Below are positions 1 through 11,400 of a DNA stretch of 64,000 bases, one piece after another (within the stretch, counting starts at the first letter, position 1; each line of letters begins with the position of its first letter). The DNA is from an uncultured Fibrobacterales bacterium. GTDB taxonomy: Bacteria; Fibrobacterota; Fibrobacteria; Fibrobacterales; CAWVXU01. The notes under the pieces were generated by a model, which saw only the letters and a list, made by a program, of their open reading frames with translations, searched no databases and was not told where the DNA came from. The position numbers and the translations under genes are program-made. The stretch lies in contig CAWVXU010000003.1 of the NCBI GenBank assembly GCA_963934255.1, positions 10,465-74,464 on the forward strand, written 5' to 3'.

Positions 1-929
1 TTATCAACCCAAGCAACAAGTTCTTTAACAGCATCTACAGATACGTCAAAACCTTTGCGCTCATCAGCAGTCATTGTTACTTCAAGAACACGCTCAGCGC
101 CATTCTCACCAATCACACAAGGAACACCACAGTAAAGACCAGCATCAACACCGTATTCACCGTTAAGTTGAACAGCTGCTGTGACGACAGACTTTTTGTC
201 TTGGATGTATGCTTCAGCCATATGAACAGCAGAAAGACCTGGAGAATAGAATGCAGAACCTGTTTTGAGAAGTGCAACAATCTCGCCACCAGCCTTTGCA
301 GTGCGTGCAGCAAGCTCGTCGAATTTTGCTTTTGTCATAAGATCAGAAAGAGGAACGCCATTTACAGAACAGCCACCATAGATGCCTACCATTGTATCGC
401 CGTGGCCACCAAGAACTAGTGCATGTACATCTTCAGCAGAAACATTGAGCTCATCAGCGATGAAACAAGCAAGACGTGAAGAATCAAGAACACCAGCCAT
501 ACCGATTACTTTGTTAGCAGCAAAACCAGTTACTTTTTGCATAGCATAGACCATTGCATCAAGAGGGTTAGTCACAACAATCACAAGTGCCTCAGGTGCG
601 TTTGCTTTAATCGCTTCGCCTACTGATTTGATAATACCAAAATTAACATCAAGTAAATCATCACGAGACATACCCGGTTTGCGAGGAAGACCAGCTGTTA
701 CGATAACAACGTCTGAACCAGCAAGGTCAGCATAGTCGTTTGTTCCAGAAAGGTTTGAAGATGTAGGGATTACAGAACGGCCTTCTTGAATATCAAGCGC
801 TTTCCCTTGTGGCATGCCTTCAGCAATGTCTATAAGTAATACGTCTGCAAGATTTTTTTGTGCAATGACAAGAGCCATTGTTCCACCGATTTGTCCGGCT
901 CCAACTAGTGCGATTTTTTTTCTAGCCAT
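1..929 (-). CDS. mdh: Malate dehydrogenase (LDH-like), 3' end runs off the window
   Basis: Not in the ORF track; translated by hand from ATG at 929: [16 protein letters not shown] (Rossmann GxGxxG), later [43 protein letters not shown] upstream; next to sucCD. Confidence 0.95.
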   Translation of the reverse strand, partial: MARKKIALVGAGQIGGTMALVIAQKNLADVLLIDIAEGMPQGKALDIQEGRSVIPTSSNLSGTNDYADLAGSDVVIVTAGLPRKPGMSRDDLLDVNFGIIKSVGEAIKANAPEALVIVVTNPLDAMVYAMQKVTGFAANKVIGMAGVLDSSRLACFIADELNVSAEDVHALVLGGHGDTMVGIYGGCSVNGVPLSDLMTKAKFDELAARTAKAGGEIVALLKTGSAFYSPGLSAVHMAEAYIQDKKSVVTAAVQLNGEYGVDAGLYCGVPCVIGENGAERVLEVTMTADERKGFDVSVDAVKELVAWVD

Positions 930-1044
930 GATAATACTCCGATTATGTGTTAAAAACAGATTGGGAAGATTCCCATTTTGGGTAACTGACTGTCACCTTC
1001 ATTTTGTATAAAATTCATTTAAAAAACAACGCTTTCAAAATGAG

Positions 1045-1075
1045 AAAAATAAAGGGCTCTTCAAAAGAACCCTTT
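1045..1075 (-). terminator. Probable intrinsic terminator after sucD
   Basis: Minus strand AAAGGGTTCTT-TTG-AAGAGCCCTTT followed by a T-rich run. Confidence 0.6.
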
Positions 1076-1082
1076 AAAAGAT

Positions 1083-1967
1083 TTAAGCAAGTCCGGCAGC
1101 TTTCATCGCTTCCATCATCTTGTCACCAATGTCTGCTGCAGTTTTAGCAACATAGCAACCAGCATCTTCAAGTGCTTCCATTTTAGACTCTGCAGTTCCT
1201 GCATTACCTTCAATGATTGCACCAGCATGTCCCATACGTTTACCTTTTGGAGCTGTTTGACCAGCGATAAATGCAGCAACAGGCTTTTTCACGTGAGCTT
1301 TGATGTACTCAGCAGCAAGCTCTTCACCTGAACCACCGATTTCACCGATAAGAACGATGCCTTCTGTTTCTGGATCTTCGTTGAACATTTTAACGATGTC
1401 AATGTGATCTAGACCATGGATAGGATCTCCACCGATACCCACTGCAGTTGTTTGACCAAGGCCATTTGCTGTAGTTTGGTTGACTGCTTCGTATGTAAGA
1501 GTCCCTGAACGAGAAACCACACCGATACGGCCTTTTGAGTGAATAGCACCAGGCGCGATACCAATTTTAGAAACACCAGAAGTTACGAGCCCTGGACAGT
1601 TTGGTCCAAGTAGTATCGAGTTGTATTTCTCAAGAGTTTTTTTCACTTTAGCCATGTCCATAACAGGGATGCCTTCAGTGATTGCAACGATAAGTTCGAT
1701 GCCAGCTTCTGCAGCTTCGATGATTGCAGCACCCGCAAATGGAGGTGGTACAAAAATCATAGTCGCGTTTGCGCCTGTTTTATCAATTGCTTCTTTTACT
1801 GATCCAAAAACTGGGAAACCATCTACTTCGGTTCCTGCTTTTTTAGGATTAACACCACCAACAACATTTGTACCATAAGCACGACACTGTTGAGAGTGAA
1901 AAAGACCAGCTTTACCCGTAATACCTTGGGTAATTAATTTTGTATTTTCGTTGATTAAAATAGCCAT
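1083..1967 (-). CDS. sucD: Succinyl-CoA synthetase alpha subunit
   Basis: [27 protein letters not shown] and MGHAGA phospho-His motif. Confidence 0.98.
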   Translation of the reverse strand: MAILINENTKLITQGITGKAGLFHSQQCRAYGTNVVGGVNPKKAGTEVDGFPVFGSVKEAIDKTGANATMIFVPPPFAGAAIIEAAEAGIELIVAITEGIPVMDMAKVKKTLEKYNSILLGPNCPGLVTSGVSKIGIAPGAIHSKGRIGVVSRSGTLTYEAVNQTTANGLGQTTAVGIGGDPIHGLDHIDIVKMFNEDPETEGIVLIGEIGGSGEELAAEYIKAHVKKPVAAFIAGQTAPKGKRMGHAGAIIEGNAGTAESKMEALEDAGCYVAKTAADIGDKMMEAMKAAGLA

Positions 1968-1979
1968 TGTCTTAATTCC

Positions 1980-3137
1980 CTATTTGATTGTTGCAGCAAC
2001 TTTAGTTGCGCCGTCAGCCATTGTAGTAGCAGAAATGATGTTCAAGCCACAATTGTTAATGATTTCTTGTCCTTCTTTGACGTTAGTACCTTCAAGGCGT
2101 ACTACAAGAGGAACGTTTAAGCCAACTTTTTTGACCGCAGCTACAACACCATTTGCGATGATGTCACATTTCATGATTCCACCAAAGATGTTCACAAGAA
2201 TGGCTTCGACTTTTTTGTCAGAAGTGATCAATTCAAATGCTTTTGCTACTGCTTCTTCAGTTGCAGAACCACCAACATCTAGGAAGTTTGCAGGCTCTTG
2301 CCCAACTTCTTTAATGATGTCCATAGTGGCCATTGCAAGGCCAGCACCATTTACCATACAACCAATGTTACCATCGAGTTGGATGTAAGACATGCCCCAT
2401 TTAGTTGCTTCAATTTCAGCAGCATTCAGGCCCGATTCAGGATCTCCACCCGTTTCCATTTGACGGAAATTAGCGTTGTCATCAATGTCGTATTTACAAT
2501 CAAGGATTGCAAGATCTCCTTCTTCAGTCACAACAAGTGGGTTGATTTCAAGAAGATTACAATCACCATCAACAAAGACGTTAAAAAGTTTTACGATAAC
2601 ATCAGCATAATCAGTTGCTTGCTTGCCAGTAAGACCTAAAAAAGCAGCGCCTTCTGCAGCAAGCTCAGCTGAGACACCAGTATCAATTGGTGGATATTGT
2701 TTTAAGATTTTTTCAGGAGTTGCTTCTGCAACTTCTTCGATTTCCATACCACCCTCTTGTGAGATCATCACAACAGGTGCACCTAGTGCACGGTCAATTG
2801 TTACTGCAACATAAAGTTCAGTAGCAATGTTTGAAGGAGCTTCTAAAAGAGCTGCTTCTACTAAGATACCTTCTTCACCAGTTTGTTTGGTCACAAGGTT
2901 CATTCCAATGATTTGCTCAGAAAGAGTTCTAGCTTCTTCAACAGATTTGAAGAACTTGACTCCGCCAGCTTTACCGCGACCACCTGTGTGGGCTTGTGCT
3001 TTGACAAGACCAGTAGTCATGCCAATTTTAGCAAGTGCAGCTTCTACTTCGCCTGCAGTTTTCACCATAATGCTTGGAGGTACTGGAAGTCCAGCAGCTT
3101 TAAGCACAGCTTTTGATTGATATTCGTGTAATTTCAT
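1980..3137 (-). CDS. sucC: Succinyl-CoA synthetase beta subunit
   Basis: MKLHEYQSK, KAQAHTGGRGKAGGV, EINPL, GCMVNGAGLAMATMD, NFLDVGG, NIFGGIMKCD. Confidence 0.98.
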   Translation of the reverse strand: MKLHEYQSKAVLKAAGLPVPPSIMVKTAGEVEAALAKIGMTTGLVKAQAHTGGRGKAGGVKFFKSVEEARTLSEQIIGMNLVTKQTGEEGILVEAALLEAPSNIATELYVAVTIDRALGAPVVMISQEGGMEIEEVAEATPEKILKQYPPIDTGVSAELAAEGAAFLGLTGKQATDYADVIVKLFNVFVDGDCNLLEINPLVVTEEGDLAILDCKYDIDDNANFRQMETGGDPESGLNAAEIEATKWGMSYIQLDGNIGCMVNGAGLAMATMDIIKEVGQEPANFLDVGGSATEEAVAKAFELITSDKKVEAILVNIFGGIMKCDIIANGVVAAVKKVGLNVPLVVRLEGTNVKEGQEIINNCGLNIISATTMADGATKVAATIK

Positions 3138-3356
3138 AGTTTTCCCAGAGTGTGAGGTGAAATAAAATTTTCAGTTAAAATAGCTAAAATAGTGGCATTC
3201 GCAAGTACAAAAGGCTTTCGAGCAAATTAAGTCAAAAACTAAATACTAGGAAACCCAATAATATCTCTTTTCATCAATCAAATCACTCACATTTGGAGAT
3301 AAGAGGGCTTGTTTGACCTCTTTAAGTGGAGATGTCGAGGTATTGGATGGTGATGT

Positions 3357-3782
3357 CTAAATTGAAACTTCGTTGGAGACGGGGCATCCGGCCAAATCAG
3401 CGATTGACTCGGAAGAGAGAACCTCATTCATCGCAATTTGAGCTCGACCTAATAGCCCATGAATTCCACAGCCTTGAAATTCACAACAATTTGTGGAAAG
3501 CTCCATACAATCCATCAAAGCAAGCTGACCTTCCATGATTTCAATGACATCTAGAACGCTGATTTTATTGGCTGGTTTGGCAAGAATATTACCGCCTTTG
3601 GCTCCAGGGACGGACTCAATTAAACCAGAAGCGACAAGTTGAGAAGCCACTGATTGAAGATATTTAAGCGAAATATCCTCAGATTCTGCGATAAGGCGAG
3701 TAGGTAATACTTGTGACTGCTCACCTCGCGCTAAACGAGTCAGGAGCCTTAAAGCATAGTCTGTTTTGCGGGTTAGCTTCAT
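3357..3782 (-). CDS. Rrf2-family transcriptional regulator with Cys cluster (IscR/NsrR-like)
   Basis: MKLTRKTDYALRLL, wHTH with S-x-PGAKGG, ISVLDVIEIMEG, then C-x6-CC-x4-C as possible Fe-S ligands. Confidence 0.85.
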   Translation of the reverse strand: MKLTRKTDYALRLLTRLARGEQSQVLPTRLIAESEDISLKYLQSVASQLVASGLIESVPGAKGGNILAKPANKISVLDVIEIMEGQLALMDCMELSTNCCEFQGCGIHGLLGRAQIAMNEVLSSESIADLAGCPVSNEVSI

Positions 3783-3825
3783 CTACTATGAACTTTCATC
3801 ATCAATTTTATTATCACTTTTTAAT

Positions 3826-4692
3826 CTAGAACTTCTGAGGAAAGACGCCTAAAACATTTAAAATCATTGGGAAAATCATTAAATGAAGGACCGCCATCTG
3901 GACCGCTGCCATCAAATAAAATAGACTAAAAATAGGCGAAATGCTAAGAGCCGGGATGAAACTCAAAGACAATAGAATTAATATGCCACACCATGTCATC
4001 GTAGCAAATTTAAAATCATGAATAAACCACTGGATAATCACACCGGTATTACTTCCAACCTTGAGGCCTTGGCCTAGTTTGAACATCCGCCAAACTTGAT
4101 GAGCCATCATAAATCCAGAGATAACCAAAAGACTTGTCATCCAGAATGTAAAACCGGTGAATTGATTGATTCTAAGCTGGGAGATGAGAAGTGCAAGCTG
4201 AATAAAGGCTACCGAGATACCTAAGAGCCATGAGCCCAAATAAGTCCCCCAAGGGTATTTGGCGGCCCGGGAGATTATTGCAATGACAAAGCCTATTGCC
4301 GGGATCACCCAGACTATATGCTCAGAAAACTCTAAAGTGTGGGCAAATGTCAATTTCAGTAAAGCCGAGCTCATGAACAAAACCGAAAGAGCACCCCATT
4401 GTTTGCGGATTAAAGCCACGATAACAAGAATGCAAAATACCGCCGTGAAGCAGATGTGTTCGTAACCCCATACTTGAAAAATAGGTCGGACATCGTAGTG
4501 CCCAGCGAAGAAATAATCCATTGTCAATTTTGTTTGACTACTCATCCCCGCCCAAAAGCCCCGATATAAAGCGGCCTGAGAGATGTTTTGCCAAACCAGC
4601 ATCACTAAAACCCCTAGAAACCCAACTGCACGAAATCTGACAATCAGTTCAGCAAATTTTCTTTCAAAGGGATCGCGTTGTCTTAAATCCAT
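3826..4692 (-). CDS. Multi-pass membrane protein, possibly a short MMPL/RND-like protein
   Basis: 288 aa with many hydrophobic segments. The termini (FAELIVRFR..., LMIFPMIL) loosely resemble MMPL proteins; function not assignable. Confidence 0.6.
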   Translation of the reverse strand: MDLRQRDPFERKFAELIVRFRAVGFLGVLVMLVWQNISQAALYRGFWAGMSSQTKLTMDYFFAGHYDVRPIFQVWGYEHICFTAVFCILVIVALIRKQWGALSVLFMSSALLKLTFAHTLEFSEHIVWVIPAIGFVIAIISRAAKYPWGTYLGSWLLGISVAFIQLALLISQLRINQFTGFTFWMTSLLVISGFMMAHQVWRMFKLGQGLKVGSNTGVIIQWFIHDFKFATMTWCGILILLSLSFIPALSISPIFSLFYLMAAVQMAVLHLMIFPMILNVLGVFPQKF

Positions 4693-4759
4693 AATGATTT
4701 CCAGATTTTTAAAGTCAAAGGTTTAATACTTTAGACAAAAATAACAAAGTACGGCACAA

Positions 4760-7700
4760 TTATCTAGAAATCAATAACTTCTCTAGTTTAGATTCATTCA
4801 CTTGAAGACCTTTTGAATCAATTCGACGTGTAATCACTTTGTAAAAATAGACCCCATTGGCTAATTTACGGCCATATCGATCACGCCCATTGAACACAGT
4901 CACTCCACTCACTGCATTATTTAAAATACGAACAAGACGCCCATTTTGATCAAATACTTTGATTTTTACTTCAGAGTTTGAATGGGTTTTAAAGAAAAAA
5001 CGTGTTCGTTTTTTCATTGGGTTAGGGACATTATAGACGTCAGTCAATAGCTGGACGGATTCGTTACTGAGCTTAAGTAGCCATTGGTGTGAATTAAAGT
5101 TTCCTAATATATCTAGTGCGCGAACTTCAAGTGTATATTCACCAGGTGCTACACTGATGCCAAGCTCTAATCTAAAGGTCGCGCGTTTACCTTGTAAAAT
5201 TTCAAAATTCGCATGTTGTCTTGTATAAATTTCAGAGACTTCCACCGTCACACCTTCATCTACTTCTTCAGACAAGTCTATACCGGTTTCGTCACTCACT
5301 TCGAATTCAATACAAGCCGGAGATGATATTTCAATCTCTGAACCATAATAACCCGTCGTCACCGGATTCACATCGCAAGGGTATGCTTTGATGATAGGGG
5401 CTTCATTATCTTTTATTGAAGACGCATCACTAGATGTTCCATTGAGAGAGATACCTGACTTAGCTACAGCACCATAATAAGGTTGTTTATCCTCCCAAGC
5501 ATAAGCTTGAATTACTGCATTTGTATCACCAAAGCTCAACTTACGAGGAGTGATAAATTCTGTGGAAAATTCACCATTTTTAAAACCTAAAACTTCAGCG
5601 TACAAAGTCTTACCTGACTGTTGTACATAGACATCATCAAAGGTGCCTTCATTTAAGCCTGGGTAAAATCTTATGGAAGCTTGTTCATTGACTTTTAAAT
5701 AAATTTTACCTGACTTAGAGGCGCCAGTGACTTGTCCTCGTATTTGTACTTTCTCAAGTGCTTGGATAGTATCAGGGAGAGATTCAAAATTAATTTCTAA
5801 TCGAGGCTTGGGAATGGTCAATACCGGCTCACCCAAAAGGATATACTTCTCAGCATTCCAACGGTCAGCGGTATTGCCTGTTTGAGCAATACTTTCTTTC
5901 GTTTTTCTCAGCGCCTCACCAAGCAATAAATCCTTAGAAAAATCAAACATGTTTTCGAAAAATACCGAGGCCATTTCTCTATTGTCAGAATTATAAGTAC
6001 TGCGACTCGCAGCCACAGTTGCAATGGCACCAGTTAAGCCTTCATTAAAAAGCTCTTGTGAAAGGGTGGTCCCGTTAATTCTATCAACTCGACCGACAGT
6101 ACATGAAAAGGCTGAGAAGATTGGTGTTTTGTATTCGTTTCGAATTTGATTAACTGATAAATCATTAAAGAGATTCTCATCAGCAATTTGGTCACTTGAA
6201 CCATGCCCAAAGTAATTAAAAAACAATTGCCCATGATCTAACTTTCTAATTATATCCTGTTGAGCGGTTGGTTTTTGAAAACTAGCATCAGAGGCGTAAT
6301 CATCAATATAAACTTTGGTTTGAGTCAACCATGGATTTTCATTCTCAATAGTCTTTGATACAATCTCACTGTTTTTCATGTGGTCGGCACCAATATTATC
6401 GGCATTACCATTCTGAGCAAAATCATCAGCTGAGAGCAAAATTTGACTTCTCCAAAAGCCTTGATTCATCACACCTTTTTCAGAAAAGTTACTGAGTTTA
6501 TCCAAATAATCATCCATGTTGGCTGTCGTTGAAACAGGAAGCCTACCTACCGCCAGGTCGAGGGAATAATTCATGCCTAACAAATACTCACCCGGGTCTA
6601 GAATTGCATAGAAATCGTCTGTGGCGTAATCCTCGAATTCATATATAGGAACATGAATATCAACATCTTTGGCTAATAAATTTCTCACATCGTAATGAGT
6701 ATCACCTACAAGTAATAAGTATTTTAAACTAGCCCCTGTTAGAGAACGAACATGTCTTAAATAATCTCTGATTGCTAATGGACTCGCCCGACCACCACTA
6801 TAATGCATAAATATTTTTTCAACTTCAACAACTCCCGTTTTCATTGAGCGCAGTAAGCGACCTGAACTTCTTAATTCACTGAGTTTAAGTGAAGAATTTA
6901 CAAACTTGGATGGTGTAATTATTAAATACTCAATATCATTTTGAGAAGAAGTGCCCGACTCAAGTGTGGATAAGTTTTGGATGGCACCTTGGGGTGAATT
7001 AGTTATTGCAAAAACCTCGGGAGTTTTAATGCTTTTGTCCCAAATAAAATATTGGCCCGACTCTATCGTGTTAGGGTCAATGTGTAAATTTTCTCTGATA
7101 GGGAGGATATTACTTGCTTCATAGTTGACCAATTTTATCAGCGACAAATCAGACGATAATTCAATTGCTAAATTCTGAGATTCACTTGTTTCAGTTAAGA
7201 TATAAGGTTGAGCTGAATCATAATTTAGTTTACCTTTATACCCAATCGTGTAAGCATCAAATCGGTGATTATACTGATTAAAGTTCGAACTTAAATCAAC
7301 TTGAATACCAAAGTTTCTAGAGTCAACTTGAAGCTCGTCTAGTTGAAATAAAAATTTACCCATATAAGGCCGGTGGTCTAACTTTGTTTGCTCAACTCCG
7401 TCGATTAAAAACTGACTACTTGGAGTGGTGATTGCTAATCTATTTGCTTCGGATAAAATGGCATGACTAGCAGCGAGTGTCCCACGTTCTCGACCTGGGT
7501 AATACTTCACCCATGCATAGGCGGAGTCTCCATCATATCCGGGGAATTTTGATGTATTGGGATGATTGACTGAATACACTGATTCATCATCACTTGGGAT
7601 AAATATCCAGTGCCATTCTACTCCAGTAGAATCATCAATTCCACCCCCATTTGCATCACGATGAACATCATCACGCAGTGTGGTTTCTTTCTCGGCATGG

Positions 7701-8380
7701 CGGTAATTCCACAAATAGTTGAGTGTATCAGTAACTGCACCCGATAGTGCAATGGTATCCAAAGACTGGGCAATACTGCTTTGAAGCACACCTAGGTAAT
7801 AAGATTGATAATCACCCCAATGGCTGTGACTTAATTGATATTTGAGCTCATAACTCGGATCATTGACTTGCTGCCAGATAGATGAACCGTGCCCAAAAAA
7901 CATGATTGAATCACCTTCATCAAAAAGACCATTTCGATTGGCGTCTTGAGTCCAAATAGGGACTTCATTGAAATTGTCGGTTGGGCTAGTGATTGAATTG
8001 GGAACGACAACCTGGTTGGTATCTGCGCGGGAAGTCCATATTGATAATTTGGTCAATGAAGTCCCACGGACATCAAAGCCTGCCACTTTTTCAATATCAG
8101 TATAACTTAAACCTTGCATACCGTCCTGAGAAAAGACACCCGGACTAGGTGAGTAAACTCGAAATTCTGCTTTGAAATCTGTACTTTGACTGGTGGCTAG
8201 TGACATCAATGATGTGTTTAGCTGTTTCTTTTGAATTGTCGGAACAACATGACGGGAACTTTTAAAGAAGCCACTTGCTTGCGAATCGCCTATACCTAGA
8301 GACAAAACTACCAGTACGAAACAGAGCTTTAATTGAAAAGGCAAACTAAGTGCCAAAGAATCTAGGTGTAAGGGTTTCAT
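4760..8380 (-). CDS. porU: PorU-like C25 (gingipain-family) sortase, copy 1, with T9SS-type CTD
   Basis: Signal peptide; YLIITP, AIRDYLR, YLLLVGD, TDDFY, VGRLPV; catalytic-type YFGHGS and FSCTVG; LLGEP; C-terminal PNPM...LANGVYFYKV...KLLISR. Confidence 0.88.
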   Translation of the reverse strand: MKPLHLDSLALSLPFQLKLCFVLVVLSLGIGDSQASGFFKSSRHVVPTIQKKQLNTSLMSLATSQSTDFKAEFRVYSPSPGVFSQDGMQGLSYTDIEKVAGFDVRGTSLTKLSIWTSRADTNQVVVPNSITSPTDNFNEVPIWTQDANRNGLFDEGDSIMFFGHGSSIWQQVNDPSYELKYQLSHSHWGDYQSYYLGVLQSSIAQSLDTIALSGAVTDTLNYLWNYRHAEKETTLRDDVHRDANGGGIDDSTGVEWHWIFIPSDDESVYSVNHPNTSKFPGYDGDSAYAWVKYYPGRERGTLAASHAILSEANRLAITTPSSQFLIDGVEQTKLDHRPYMGKFLFQLDELQVDSRNFGIQVDLSSNFNQYNHRFDAYTIGYKGKLNYDSAQPYILTETSESQNLAIELSSDLSLIKLVNYEASNILPIRENLHIDPNTIESGQYFIWDKSIKTPEVFAITNSPQGAIQNLSTLESGTSSQNDIEYLIITPSKFVNSSLKLSELRSSGRLLRSMKTGVVEVEKIFMHYSGGRASPLAIRDYLRHVRSLTGASLKYLLLVGDTHYDVRNLLAKDVDIHVPIYEFEDYATDDFYAILDPGEYLLGMNYSLDLAVGRLPVSTTANMDDYLDKLSNFSEKGVMNQGFWRSQILLSADDFAQNGNADNIGADHMKNSEIVSKTIENENPWLTQTKVYIDDYASDASFQKPTAQQDIIRKLDHGQLFFNYFGHGSSDQIADENLFNDLSVNQIRNEYKTPIFSAFSCTVGRVDRINGTTLSQELFNEGLTGAIATVAASRSTYNSDNREMASVFFENMFDFSKDLLLGEALRKTKESIAQTGNTADRWNAEKYILLGEPVLTIPKPRLEINFESLPDTIQALEKVQIRGQVTGASKSGKIYLKVNEQASIRFYPGLNEGTFDDVYVQQSGKTLYAEVLGFKNGEFSTEFITPRKLSFGDTNAVIQAYAWEDKQPYYGAVAKSGISLNGTSSDASSIKDNEAPIIKAYPCDVNPVTTGYYGSEIEISSPACIEFEVSDETGIDLSEEVDEGVTVEVSEIYTRQHANFEILQGKRATFRLELGISVAPGEYTLEVRALDILGNFNSHQWLLKLSNESVQLLTDVYNVPNPMKKRTRFFFKTHSNSEVKIKVFDQNGRLVRILNNAVSGVTVFNGRDRYGRKLANGVYFYKVITRRIDSKGLQVNESKLEKLLISR

Positions 8381-8431
8381 AGACCATAATTTACAAGATT
8401 ATAGAGATAAAAATAGCAAAGTGCATAGACT

Positions 8432-11400
8432 TTATCTGGAAATCAATAACTTCTCAAGGCGAGATTCACGAATGGCTTGATTTTGACTATTAAAAGTCTT
8501 CGATAAGACTTTATAAAAGTACACTCCGTTTGCGAGCTTTCGACCATATCGGTCCCGCCCATTAAATACTGTCACCCCACTTACGACATCTTTTAAGCTA
8601 CGCACTAAGCGACCATTTTGATCAAATATCTTTATCTGAACATTTGCTTTTGCCTGAGTTTTAAAATAGAACTTTGTTCTTTTTTTCATAGGATTGGGCG
8701 AATTATAGACATCATTTAAAGCCAAAGTTTGAGCATCACTTATCTTTAGAAGCCATTTCTTAGAAGAAAAATTGCCCAATATATCTAGAGCTCTTACCTC
8801 AAGAGGGTATTCCCCAGGCACCACACTAGCTCCAAGGTCTAGCCTAAATGTTGCCCGCTTACCATGAAGTATTTCAAAATTAGCGTGTTGTCTTGGATAT
8901 AACTCTTCAATTTCAACTGAGACTCCCTCATCCACCTCTTCGGATAAATCAATCCCTGTCTCATCGGTGATTTCAAATTCAATACATGCAGGAGTAGAAC
9001 TCTCAATCACATCACCATAATACCCTGTTGTCGTTGGATTCGCATCACATGGGTAGGCTTGAATCGTCGGAGGCTGCTCGTCATCAATATCACCTGCAGA
9101 AGCTGATGTGCCAAACAGAGAAATTCCTGTCTTAGCCATTGAGCCATAATAAGGTTGTAAATCTTGCCAAGCATAAGCAGTCAACACAGCATTAGTATCG
9201 CCAAAACTGAGTTTTCTTGGTGTAATAAATTCAGTTGAAAATTTTCCATCCTGAAATTCTAGAACTTCAGCGTAAAGAGTTTTGCCTGATATCTCTGCTG
9301 GTACATTTTCTATGATTAGGGGGCTTTCTTGTTTAAATACCCTACTTGAAGCCTGTTCAATTACTTTCAAATAAATTTTACCACTTCTTGCCTTACCCGT
9401 CACGAACCCTTGCAACTTGACCTTTTGCAAAGCTTGCAAAGTATCCGGGATAGAATCAAATTTAATCTCTAACCGGGGTTTAGGGAGGGTCAGTACAGGC
9501 TCACCTAATAGGAAATATTTTTCGGCATTCCAACGAGATTTATAAATACTTCCCGTCGTTGATTGAACGACTCTTTCTTTCGTTCGAGCAAGGGCGTCCC
9601 CTACTCTAACATCATCAGTAAAGTCAAAAAGCTTTGCAGCAAATATTTGAGACATCACGCGGTTATCATTATTATATGACTTACGACTAGCTGCAATAGC
9701 TGCTATAGCTCCTCGTGTGCCGGAGATCATAAGCTCTTGAGCTAAAGCGGTTCCATTAATCCGATCTACTCGGCCGACCGTACATGAAAATGCTGAAAAA
9801 ATCGGGGTCTTTCCTGTGTTGCTCATTTGATTGACTGAAATATCGTTTAATAAGTTTTCGTCCGAGAGTTGATCACTTGATCCATGGCCAAAATAATTGA
9901 AATAGAGCTGCCCATAATCCATTTTTCGAATAATATCTTGCTTGGCAGTCGGTTTTTGAAAGCTAGCATCGGCTGCGTATTCTTCAATATAAACTTTTGT
10001 CTGATTCATCCATTGATTTTGAAATTTGATAACAGAAGAGACTGCTTCACTATTGTTCATATGAGCCGCTCCTATTTGATCTGCTTCACCATTTTGCGAA
10101 AAATCATCGGCTGCGAGTAATATTTGACTTCGCCAAAAGCCTTGATTCATTTCTCCTTTTTCAGAAAACAATTTAAGCTTCTCAATATAATTTTCCACAT
10201 CTTCATCAGAACTTACCGGAAGACGGCCTAGAGATAAATCAAAATCATAAGAGCTGCGGATAAGCTCCTCACCAGGGTCCAGGAGGCCATAGAAATCATC
10301 CGTTGCATAGTCTTCAATTTCGTATGTCGGAACATTAAGGTCAACTCCTTTATTCAACAAATTTCTTACATCATAATGTGTATCACCTACCAGTAGAAGG
10401 TATTTAAATTCATCTCCAGCTATTGATTTTACATATCGCAAAAAATCTCTGATTGCTGTAGGACTTGGTCTTCCACCGCTGTAATGTTGAAAAATACGTT
10501 CCACCTCCACTACACCCGTTTTATATGCATGAAGTAATTTGGAAGAACTTCTGAGCTTAGCGAGTTCCATTACCGAGGTACTGAGGTGTTGAGGAGATAT
10601 AATGAGGTACTCAATATCTTTAAAACTAGTATTGACAGACTCAAGGCTATTCAGATCATTAATAGTACCTGAAGCCGGTGGATTTATTGCTAAGATTTCT
10701 GGGCTCTTTATTTTTAAATCCCACATATAATATTGTACTGAGTCACTCGTTGCATAATCTCGATGGAGGCCACCGTCAAAAGCTAAGATGCCTACTGCTT
10801 CATTATCGACTATCTTGATTATAGGAAGAAACATCCCAACTGGAATCCCAACTGATTGGTTAAATTTTTGATGATTAAGGATATACGGCTGACGCTCATC
10901 ATAAAACAATTGGGCTTTATAGGCAATTGTATATGAATCAAATCGATGATCAAATATTGAAAACGACGCAGGGTGAACCTGTATACTGAAATATTTAGAA
11001 TCAAATTTTAGAGTACTTAGCTGATTCAAAAACTTGCCCATATATGCAATATATGGCATCATAACTTGTTCTTGGCCATTGATATAAAAATTATACTTCA
11101 CGCCATCAAACCGGGCGGCTTCAGGTTTGGAAAGTTCAGTTGCTGCCGATGAGCCACGCCCTCGCCCAGGATAAAATTTCATCCAAGCATAAGCTGAATC
11201 TCCTGCATAATGAAGGAAGCTTTCTGTATTAGGATGACTGACTATATGAGGATTTCTATCTTCATTATCAATATAAACCCAATGCCACTCCACACCTGTG
11301 GAATCATCAATTTCTCGCCCCTGAGAGTCTTTGTGTACATCATCACGAAGAGTAGTTTCTTTTTCAGCATGTCGATAGTGCCAAAGATAGGTCAGAGTGT

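Noticed and set aside
113..1011. Three short ORFs listed in the track at the window start
   Set aside because: The real gene is mdh on the minus strand (start 929), missed by the track because its stop lies outside the window.
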